From Meyerozyma guilliermondii (taxonomy: Eukaryota), in contig CP128815.1 in the NCBI GenBank assembly GCA_051546255.1, positions 1,922,001 to 1,986,000 on the forward strand: a stretch of 64,000 nt of DNA. The letters are read 5' to 3'. Below the pieces are notes generated by a model. The model saw only the letters and a list, made by a program, of their open reading frames with translations. It searched no databases and was not told where the DNA came from. The translations under genes and the position numbers were made by a program. Below are positions 42,907 to 51,878 of this stretch, piece after piece; the first letter of the stretch is position 1; the number at the start of each line of letters is the position of its first letter.

Positions 42907-43881
42907 TTACTTGACCCAATGCTTTCCCTCCATCAAGGACTTGGGAGATTGTAAGCCACTGGCAATATTGTAAATCAATGTCTTTGATGGAAGATCCAAG
43001 TCTCCGTTCTTCATTAATTGTGCCTTTGCAAACTCAGCCATTCTGATCTCTTCGGGTGATTTGAGATGATCCAGAGACCCGTTCAACTCCGTAACTTGGC
43101 CGCGAACAACCTCGTTGATTCTTGTAGCCAATTTTTCTGCATCAACGTCGGTGTTGTAGTTTGCCTGAGCCAAGTACTTGTTTTTGGGAGCATCGTCCAA
43201 ATTTTGAATAATAGACTTGGGCAATTTATATGGATATTGCGACTTGATGAGTGCTTCCTTGGTGACAGCTGCGACTCGAGAGCTTAAGTTTGCTGATACA
43301 GAAGTCACTTTTCCATACAAAAATGTCTCCCCAGACAACTGAGGAACCAATGGACCACTGCTGACAGTCTTGGACTTCAAAGGCTTAGCTACCACTGGCG
43401 AACGCTGTCTTGACGTTCCTCTCTGTGGTCGACGTTGGCCCGAGTTTTCACTGCCAGAAGTACGAGACGTACGTGGCGAGCGAGAGTTATGCTGGGATGT
43501 GCCACGAGGGGCAGAACTACGATTCTGACGTGGTCCAGAATGTTTTGGGCCCGATTCTTTAAGAGCATTGAATGCCTGGTATGCCATAGGATGGTCGGCA
43601 ACTTGCACCTTTTGCCGCCTCACTACCGATTGTGGAGCCCCCTGAGCACCCGAAGCAGCCTTTTGGCCCTTGGGTTTCATATTAGAGCCGGTATTTTTCT
43701 GTTTATCGCCGGTCTTGTTCAACCGATTTGACTTGGACTGCATTTTATTAGCATCTTTACGAGGTTCCACTATTTTCTTCGTGTTTGCCGTGATCTTGTC
43801 AATTCTCGTGAGAAGATCCGACAAGAACATGGAATTGTCGCCTCCTGTGGAGTACCATCTTCGAGAGGTCTGTTTCAACAT
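42907..43881 (-). CDS. Mitochondrial protein, possibly small-subunit ribosomal protein Rsm28-like
   Basis: Presequence MLKQTSRRWYS, basic low-complexity middle, SRVAAVTKEALIKSQYPY; divergent from ATP1. Identity tentative. Confidence 0.55.
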   Translation of the reverse strand: MLKQTSRRWYSTGGDNSMFLSDLLTRIDKITANTKKIVEPRKDANKMQSKSNRLNKTGDKQKNTGSNMKPKGQKAASGAQGAPQSVVRRQKVQVADHPMAYQAFNALKESGPKHSGPRQNRSSAPRGTSQHNSRSPRTSRTSGSENSGQRRPQRGTSRQRSPVVAKPLKSKTVSSGPLVPQLSGETFLYGKVTSVSANLSSRVAAVTKEALIKSQYPYKLPKSIIQNLDDAPKNKYLAQANYNTDVDAEKLATRINEVVRGQVTELNGSLDHLKSPEEIRMAEFAKAQLMKNGDLDLPSKTLIYNIASGLQSPKSLMEGKHWVK

Positions 43882-44102
43882 GACGATTTTTCACCTTGAG
43901 AAAATCGGTAAAAACTGCGACCGAAGCTCACGTAAGCGGAGGCCAGTGATGAAGTAAGACAATAGTAGGGAATATGAACGGTATACCATCTACACTTCTG
44001 ATGGTCAATTGGACCCCAAAACTCTCCTGTAGAGAACTTACAGCACCTAAACTGTATATACGTTTTACTGAGCCCATAACCTGTCATTCAAGTGCAAAAC
44101 TA

Positions 44103-44226
44103 CCAATACAAAAGTCCGGTAGGCGTTACCCGCACTCCACTCTCAAAGCGTCCGCCAATCAAATTGCGTCCTGGACCGGCTCCCGCGTTAGCGCTCAACG
44201 AGGGAGATTTTTCATTGGCATATATA
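44103..44226. promoter_or_regulatory. CCAAT (Hap2/3/5) boxes and TATA-like element in the ATP1 divergent promoter
   Basis: CCAAT at 44103 and 44155 (CCAATCA), ATTGG at 44214, TATATA at 44221. Confidence 0.55.
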
Positions 44227-44282
44227 GTCGTTTTTTTTTCTCTGGATACCAGTTTATTCTAGGGATATATTAAAGAGAAACA

Positions 44283-46354
44283 ATGTTGTCAGCTCGTCCA
44301 GTATTGCGTTCTGCTGCGAGATCAGCTGCCTTAGCTGCCAGAACTTTGCGTGTGGTAAGTACTTTTTCCAGGTGAAGTGTCACCATGATTTTGGATGTAG
44401 AATCATAAGGAGGCTAAATTGGCCGCTCATATTGGTTCACAATAAAGAGGAGCATGCCAAGTATGACATTGAAGCTTTTCAGCGGCGAAATAGCTACGTT
44501 TTTGCCGATTTGATGTGTTTGTTGGTGGTTTTGCTGAATGGCGAAACTGCCGAAATCGATGAAATCGTAGTGCTTCTCGGCCAATTCAACCTCAAGAGTG
44601 TCCAAGGCAGCTATGGTAGTGCCAGTCTACCGTTTCATTGCTCTCAATTGGAGTATTCACCGGAATCCGTTGACTTTGTGATGGCGCCTTCTCATTGGAT
44701 GAGAGCCGATTCCACGACATCTCAATTTCCGGGGGTTATAACTGGTCCCATATCGACCTGCTACTTCGTAATCACATACTAACTACAGGCCCGTCCAGCT
44801 CAAGTTGCTGCTGTTCGTTTCGCCTCCGCCAAGGCTGCCCCTACTGAGGTCACCTCCATCATCGAAGAGAGAATTAGAGGTGTTTCCGATGAGGCCAACT
44901 TGAACGAAACCGGTAGAGTTTTGTCTGTTGGTGATGGTATTGCCCGTGTTTTCGGATTGAACAACTGTCAAGCCGAAGAATTGGTTGAGTTCAGTTCCGG
45001 TGTTAAGGGTATGGCTTTGAACTTGGAAGCCGGTCAAGTCGGTATTGTGTTGTTCGGTTCCGATGCCTTGGTTAAGGAAGGTGAAACCGTCAAGAGAACC
45101 GGTAAGATTGTCGACGTTCCAACTGGTCCAGAATTGTTGGGCCGTGTTGTTGACGGTTTGGGTAACCCAATCGATGGTAAGGGACCATTGAATGCTTCTT
45201 CTTCCTCTAGAGCTCAAGTTAAGGCTCCAGGTATCTTGCCAAGAAGATCCGTGTACGAACCTATGCAAACTGGTTTGAAATCGGTCGATGCTTTGGTGCC
45301 AGTTGGTAGAGGTCAAAGAGAATTGATCATTGGTGATCGTCAAACTGGTAAGACCGCTGTCGCTTTGGACACCATCTTGAACCAAAAGAAGTGGAACGAT
45401 GGTTCTGATGAGAAGAAGAAGTTGTACTGTGTGTACGTTGCCGTTGGTCAAAAGAGATCCACCGTTGCTCAATTGGTGCAAACTTTGGAAAAGGCTGATG
45501 CTCTTAAGTACTCCATCATTGTTGCCGCTACTGCTTCTGAAGCTGCTCCTTTGCAATACTTGGCTCCTTTTACTGGTGCTGCCATTGGTGAATGGTTCAG
45601 AGACAACGGTAGACACTCGTTGATCATCTACGATGATTTGTCCAAGCAAGCTGTTGCTTACCGTCAATTGTCGTTGTTGTTGAGACGTCCACCTGGTCGT
45701 GAGGCTTACCCTGGTGATGTTTTCTACTTGCACTCTCGTTTGTTAGAGAGAGCTGCTAAGATGTCTGATACCTTGGGTGGTGGTTCCATGACCGCTTTGC
45801 CAATCATTGAGACTCAAGGTGGTGATGTGTCAGCTTACATTCCAACTAACGTCATTTCCATTACTGATGGTCAAATTTTCTTGGAGGCTGAATTGTTCTA
45901 CAAGGGTATCAGACCTGCCATTAACGTTGGTTTGTCGGTTTCCCGTGTCGGATCTGCTGCTCAAGTTAAGGCCATGAAGCAAGTTGCTGGTTCTTTGAAA
46001 TTGTTCTTGGCTCAATACAGAGAAGTCGCTGCTTTCGCCCAATTCGGTTCCGATTTGGATGCTTCTACCAAGCAAACCTTGGCTAGAGGTGAGAGATTGA
46101 CCCAACTTTTGAAGCAAAAGCAATACTCTCCTTTGTCTGCTGAGGAGCAAGTTCCTGTCATTTACGCTGGTGTCAACGGTTTCTTAGATAACATCGCCGT
46201 CGACAGAGTCGGAGAGTTCGAGGAGGCTTACATCTCTAGCTTGAAGTCCAACCAACCTGAGATCTTGGAAGCCATCCGTGAAAAGGGTGAGTTGTCTAAG
46301 GACGACTTGGAGAAGTTGAAGTCTGCTACTGAGTCTTTCGTTGCTTCTTTCTAA
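44283..46354 (+). CDS. ATP1: Mitochondrial ATP synthase F1 alpha subunit; join(44283..44354,44789..46354)
   Basis: Exon 1 [24 protein letters not shown] splices in frame to [29 protein letters not shown] Walker [13 protein letters not shown]. Confidence 0.97.
44355..44788 (+). other. Spliceosomal intron of ATP1 (434 nt, phase 0)
   Basis: GTAAGT donor at 44355, TACTAAC branch at 44777-44783, CAG acceptor ending 44788. Confidence 0.95.
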
Positions 46355-46518
46355 GCAGCCAAGACGGTAGATATGGCATAGACAAGATCTATATAAAATA
46401 AGATGTTATTGTTGTCAGCGTGTAAAAGAAGACCTACATTGGTATAGTTCGTACAATTTTCCTGCACACATAGCCAGTCAATGGTTTTTCGCGAGCTACG
46501 GTTCAGGCACAGATACAC

Positions 46519-47667
46519 ATGGAAGCGGATGAACAATTCGAGGCAGATCTTCAGTTTCTTCTCCTGAAGTCGTCCACGCTCAACAAAAGTGAAAAGTTCG
46601 TCAAGGTATCTCAAAACGTGGTTTCTACCAACCAGAAACAAGGCCAAAAATTAATCAAAGGAAAGTACAAAATCAGCATGGAAGAAATTACAAAAGATAT
46701 GGATGGTATAAACTTCTCCAGTGATGAAAATGACGAGCCGGTGACCCCTGAACCAAGCCCTCACAATACCAGCAAAGAATCAGAAACTTCAAGTAGTGTT
46801 CCAGCTAAGAAAGCGAAGAAAAAGAGACAAAGAAAGAAGAAGGAACATGTAAAAGATGCAGAGAAAGACGGCTTTCCTCCACAATCTCAAGAATCGGGAG
46901 TACCAAGCGAAACCCACTCTTCATCTGCATCAACTGACGGCCAAGAACTGACACCTTCCCGCAGTGCACAGTCCACTAGAACTGTTCCCAAAGCACCTCA
47001 AAAAAGCTTTTTAACTGCCATGGAACCAACTACATCGATAATTGGACTCTCGAATTCCCAAATATTGTCTCTTCCGCTCAACGACGTAAAGTTGAAGCTT
47101 CTAGTATCTTCGGGTAGTAAGACGATACAGAATATATTGAAGTTTGCCAAAAGAGAGACTTCGGATTTGTTCGAGGATTACGAACGCAAAAGAGTGTTTC
47201 TCCAGCTTTGCGTGGAAGTGGCATTGATGGAGTCAATGGGGTTCAAGAAAGTAGCGAGAAAATGGCCTCAAGTGATTGAGTGGTTCGGTGGATATCCCGA
47301 GATCAATCTTACAACTACCAAGACTCGACTAACGCCGTCCACAAAGGATATACACAAGAACTCGTTCGACTACTCCATGCTAGCATTAATTGGCCACATT
47401 TTAATATGGGGAACGTTCCTACAGCGCAAAGCCAAACAGCCAGTTTTCACCAAAAAATACGACATTCAGGTTCAAAACGTCAAAGAATGCCTTGGCGGCG
47501 ACTTCTTGTGGGACCGTCTCTCGCAGCATCCAAAGATGAATGCCAAACGGTGGAAACATGTGATCAAATTCAGACAATCATTTCCATTTGAAGTTAACCA
47601 ATTCATGATGGTTTTGCGGTTCATGAAGGTGGATGATTTTACCAGCTCCAGCAATATATTAGCATAA
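46519..47667 (+). CDS. Hypothetical protein with basic NLS-like tract
   Basis: 382 aa ATG ORF; disordered N-half with KKAKKKRQRKKK, globular-looking C-half. Confidence 0.75.
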   Translation: MEADEQFEADLQFLLLKSSTLNKSEKFVKVSQNVVSTNQKQGQKLIKGKYKISMEEITKDMDGINFSSDENDEPVTPEPSPHNTSKESETSSSVPAKKAKKKRQRKKKEHVKDAEKDGFPPQSQESGVPSETHSSSASTDGQELTPSRSAQSTRTVPKAPQKSFLTAMEPTTSIIGLSNSQILSLPLNDVKLKLLVSSGSKTIQNILKFAKRETSDLFEDYERKRVFLQLCVEVALMESMGFKKVARKWPQVIEWFGGYPEINLTTTKTRLTPSTKDIHKNSFDYSMLALIGHILIWGTFLQRKAKQPVFTKKYDIQVQNVKECLGGDFLWDRLSQHPKMNAKRWKHVIKFRQSFPFEVNQFMMVLRFMKVDDFTSSSNILA

Positions 47668-47770
47668 GAACCAGACATAGCATAGTTGCACCATACATAT
47701 TTGCATCTAAATTAAGCTCAAACTGAAAAGATAGACTGTACATATTTTCGTGCGAAATGAGTTTCGCTTA

Positions 47771-48574
47771 ATGGAGTTTCTTGTTCTCTCCAGAAAATGG
47801 TTATCGGAACCGTATGGGCCCAAGTATGATAAATTTCTGAAAATCATCAACAAGGGATACAGCAAGGCTATGTTCAAATATGGCATTATAAAAACCCCCA
47901 GGATCAAAACAAGCATGTCTATGTTGGACAACTTTAGAGTTCACGAAAATGACGACTTTTGCATTTTATTACTTTTGGGACCCGAAAAACAGTTTGAAAA
48001 ACTTGGGCTCAACCACAATTACAGCAGGAAGTTCGAAACACCGTCCGATTCATGGGAACGTAGTATTGACTGTGATATACCTGACGAGTACCTTCCTCAA
48101 CTCTCGTTCAACGTTGACTCCGATGTCAAAGTTACCTACTATAACAGTGATGAAGAATTGACACCCTCACAAGTGAATAGAGTTCTAGGCAGCGTAGGGT
48201 TTAAATCGTACGATGGCGATTTGAGGAGCTCTAATCTGTCGATAAAAGACATCGAAATAACAGCTTTTACGTCGTTCATGAAACGTTCGGCTCCTACAAT
48301 GCTAGAGATGGCTATCAAGCACTTTTTGAAACGAGAGAACGAACTTGTAGCTGACTTTACCAGCTTAAAGAGTATTGTTTTGCATGCTGATTGTATCAAG
48401 GAGCACAATCTTGTTCCATACTATGTCAACTGTTGTTCATTCAAACCTTCCAAGAAAGAAGACACATTTATCGACGTACATTCTGCCAGTAGCAGCGGAG
48501 TATTTGAAGACAACTTAGAAGCGTACAAAGATTTTCATATCAGTTACTTGTATAGAACCATCGATATTCCATGA
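47771..48574 (+). CDS. Hypothetical protein, possibly divergent GNAT fold
   Basis: 267 aa from first ATG; IINKGY near N-terminus, EITAFTSF, LHADCIKEHNLVPYY. Confidence 0.7.
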   Translation: MEFLVLSRKWLSEPYGPKYDKFLKIINKGYSKAMFKYGIIKTPRIKTSMSMLDNFRVHENDDFCILLLLGPEKQFEKLGLNHNYSRKFETPSDSWERSIDCDIPDEYLPQLSFNVDSDVKVTYYNSDEELTPSQVNRVLGSVGFKSYDGDLRSSNLSIKDIEITAFTSFMKRSAPTMLEMAIKHFLKRENELVADFTSLKSIVLHADCIKEHNLVPYYVNCCSFKPSKKEDTFIDVHSASSSGVFEDNLEAYKDFHISYLYRTIDIP

Positions 48575-48621
48575 ACGGCTGAGTTGTGAACTGACCGATA
48601 AATTCACAACCTACTCAGTAG

Positions 48622-51375
48622 TTATTTGTAGCCGTTTGTAGAAATCCATTCCTTGATAGCCTGAGAGTCTCTCTCGACCCATGCAATTTTACTGTTCAAG
48701 GCTTCTAAAGATTGCGCCAATGCCTGGTCAAAGCCAGCAGTGTCCTTATTTTTGAAAAAACTTTCCACGTTCTCTTTGTCAGAGGCAGTACCCAAACCAC
48801 GAATGGCAACGCTAACGGCGCTACCCAACATCGACAAACCTGGGGGTAAGATCTTGTAAATTTTGTCCCAGTTGACAGTAAACCACTGCCACAACTGAGA
48901 AGCAGCATCTTTATCAACGGTGCATCCTACCATGGCATAGAGCATGTCTTGTTGCTTGATAACGTCAGACTTCAAAGACAAGTCTAACAACTTGGCACGC
49001 AACTCTTTGTCTGGTACCCGACCGAGAACTCTCAAAGCAGCAAGCTTTTCTTCGGCTGACAGAGGGTTCAAGTAGATTTTGTAAAGTTGGTCAAATTCTT
49101 CCTTACCACCTTTCTTGGCTACCACGGTGAAAACAGACGATCTTGAATTGGGGTGGATAGCGTTCTTGTTTCCAGCGACATAGTCTTTAAATGCTTTCTG
49201 ACAGTCGGCCACAACCTCTTCCTGATCGGCTGCGGAAGCGGAAGAGAAAAGGGACTGCTTGAGCTGTTGTTCGGTAAACGAGTCAGTGTCCTTGAAGTCC
49301 CATCCTACTTGGAGAAGTTGTTTGCTGATCAATTCACGAGTGAAGGCTTTGAGTGCATCATCAACTTCGTCAGACACATTCTTGAAAGCACTTCTCACGG
49401 AACTAACACTACCCAAAATTGTATCCCACACAACATAATTTTTCTCGTCGGTCCATGATCTCACCAAGTTGAGCAAGTCAGTAGTTGGAATGTACCCCGA
49501 AACAGACAAGGCTCTTGCATCGGCCACCAAACCAACTCTATCTTCAACAGACAATTTTTCAGGAGCTTTTCCAAGCTTTGCCCATCTGGTTTGGTCATAA
49601 GATGTTCTGTAAATACCTGTTTGACCACTGTTGAGCTTGAAAAAATCGTCTGAAGTGCTCAAGTCAAATGTCTTACTTCTAGTGTCCAAAACCAACGATC
49701 TGTCGGTGCCTTCGCTTGTCTTGACATTCAAGAAAACAGGGTACAAGACCTCGTCTTCCTCGGGTTTGACGTCTGCCGAAGTGAGGTATCTGTTTTGAGT
49801 GACAGTAATCTTCTTGCCGTCTTCCTTGACATCAATGATTGGGTAGCCCACCTTCTTGGTCCAGATATCCATTACCTTGACAACGTCCTCACCACTTGCC
49901 TCACTCAAAGAGGCCCACAAGTCAGAGGTTTGGGTGTTGCCCCACTTGTGCTTTTTCAAGTAGTTGGAGACACCCTTGATGAACACATCTTCACCCAACC
50001 AGTCGGCAATCATCTTCAACAACGAGGAACCTTTGGAGTAGGAAATGTTGTCGAAAATCTGGTTAATCTGGTCAGCTCTCTGAACAGGAACTTCGACTGG
50101 ATGAGACGATCTCAAAGCATCCAAATTCATAGCACCTTGCAATGTGTCGCTGACGTAGGACTCCCAAACCTTCCATTCGGGGTACAACGAGTTACAGGCA
50201 AACCACGACATCCAAGTTGCGAAACCTTCGTTCAACCATAAGCCGTCCCAGAAGTCCATAGTCACCAAATTGCCGAACCATTGGTGAGCCAATTCGTGCA
50301 TCACCACCTCGGTAACTCTTGTCAACATGGTGACATCTGTCTCTTTAGGATTTATCAACAAGTCAGCGTTTCTGAATGTAATGAGGCCAAAGTTCTCCAT
50401 GGCACCAGCTGAAAAGTCTGGAATAGCCACCAAGTCGCACTTAGGTAATGGGTAAGGAATATCGAACTTTTTGTCGAAAAAGACCAAGGTTTTGGCAGTG
50501 ATGTCAGCAGCATACTGGCCCAAATGTTCTGAGCCTGGAGTGGCATAGACTTTGATGGGTACTCTGTACGAGTTGTTTTCAACGTATTTCAAGTCTCCGA
50601 TAACAAATGCGACAAGATAAGTGGACATCAATGGAGTAGTGTTGAAGGTAACCTTCTTGCGATCATGGTCCAAGAGCGTGGTTGACTTCTCGTTCATGTT
50701 GGACAAACACACAAGATTGCGGTCGGCAATTAAAGAAATGTCAAACTTGGCCTTCAATGCTGGTTCATCGAAGGATGGGAATGCCCGGCGACAATCCGTA
50801 GGTTCCATCTGGGTAGTGGCCAAGTATTTGGTGGTTCCGTTGTCGTTGTATGATGAGCGGTAGAACCCGGCCATCTTATCGTTAAGAATACCAGAAAAGT
50901 TGATGTTGAGATGGACAATAGAGCCTTCAGTCAAGGTGTCAGCAAGGTGGAAAGTGGCAGTTTGGCCCTTTTCGTCGTAGTCAATTGACTTGACAGGAAC
51001 ATCACTGACATTGGCATCGTGGATGGTGATCTCGGTGGAGTTAAGGGTGATGGAATCCGACAGGTCATTCACTGCTAATTCGATTGTCTCCGTACCAGCA
51101 AAGGTAAAATTGGTGAAATCAGGTTCGAAAGAAAGAGTATATTTGAGCGGCTTCACGTTGGTGGGAAGCACCTCTCTATGAGGAGCAGACGCAGAGCCGG
51201 CAAGATTGTTCAATTGACACATATGATGACGGGCACAATAATTGCGGATAAACCTGGAGCGATTAAAAGGAACTCTGGTGCGCACACCCTGTATTTGACT
51301 GTGGCCCGCAAGCGACATAAGCCCCGGCGAGCGCGCGGAAAATGCGAGTGCGCGGAGCCTGTCAATGATGGGCAT
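48622..51375 (-). CDS. APE2: M1 family aminopeptidase (Ape2/Aap1)
   Basis: REVLPTNVKP, TQMEPTDCRRAFPSFDEP, GAMEN, HELAHQW...NEGFA; in-frame ATGs at 51375, 51318 and 51222. Confidence 0.93.
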   Translation of the reverse strand: MPIIDRLRALAFSARSPGLMSLAGHSQIQGVRTRVPFNRSRFIRNYCARHHMCQLNNLAGSASAPHREVLPTNVKPLKYTLSFEPDFTNFTFAGTETIELAVNDLSDSITLNSTEITIHDANVSDVPVKSIDYDEKGQTATFHLADTLTEGSIVHLNINFSGILNDKMAGFYRSSYNDNGTTKYLATTQMEPTDCRRAFPSFDEPALKAKFDISLIADRNLVCLSNMNEKSTTLLDHDRKKVTFNTTPLMSTYLVAFVIGDLKYVENNSYRVPIKVYATPGSEHLGQYAADITAKTLVFFDKKFDIPYPLPKCDLVAIPDFSAGAMENFGLITFRNADLLINPKETDVTMLTRVTEVVMHELAHQWFGNLVTMDFWDGLWLNEGFATWMSWFACNSLYPEWKVWESYVSDTLQGAMNLDALRSSHPVEVPVQRADQINQIFDNISYSKGSSLLKMIADWLGEDVFIKGVSNYLKKHKWGNTQTSDLWASLSEASGEDVVKVMDIWTKKVGYPIIDVKEDGKKITVTQNRYLTSADVKPEEDEVLYPVFLNVKTSEGTDRSLVLDTRSKTFDLSTSDDFFKLNSGQTGIYRTSYDQTRWAKLGKAPEKLSVEDRVGLVADARALSVSGYIPTTDLLNLVRSWTDEKNYVVWDTILGSVSSVRSAFKNVSDEVDDALKAFTRELISKQLLQVGWDFKDTDSFTEQQLKQSLFSSASAADQEEVVADCQKAFKDYVAGNKNAIHPNSRSSVFTVVAKKGGKEEFDQLYKIYLNPLSAEEKLAALRVLGRVPDKELRAKLLDLSLKSDVIKQQDMLYAMVGCTVDKDAASQLWQWFTVNWDKIYKILPPGLSMLGSAVSVAIRGLGTASDKENVESFFKNKDTAGFDQALAQSLEALNSKIAWVERDSQAIKEWISTNGYK

Positions 51376-51878
51376 CGGAAAATAAGAGTAGGAAAGAGTC
51401 AATTAGGCGAAGCCACTAGTAATCTCAACAAGTCTCAACAAATTTAAACCTCAAACTCAAATCAGAAGAACTTTTTATGACCTTCCTAATACTCTGGTAC
51501 TACTGTCTTCTCACCCAATACGACTTCAGCTTTTTCTGAGATAATTTCGGCGGAACTCCTCGCAACTATTTTTGGGTGCGAAATCTACTTGTGCACGGCA
51601 TCTCAGAGCCTCACAATAAGTGGCCCAAAAAGAATACCAAATACTCCAAAACACGTTCTCAACCCTGTACAATACCCATACCAGACTCCAAAACACCCCG
51701 CATTTAACACACCTGGCATAATCTCAGCCAAGTCTGGTATCCTCTGTCCGCACCTCCCACCTCCTACACCCACTGTCTATGATTGCTGTTGTGCCGCTTA
51801 TGTCAGCTGGCGAATCGATTCGCCGCATTTTCTGACTTTTGCGTACACATAACACAACCCTAAATTCCCTTGGCCGCC

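Noticed and set aside
44783..45733. 316-aa antisense ORF opposite ATP1
   Set aside because: Shadow frame produced by strong codon bias in a highly expressed gene; no motifs.
44900..46354. ORF-track ATP1 start at TTG 44900
   Set aside because: The true start is ATG 44283 via a canonical intron.
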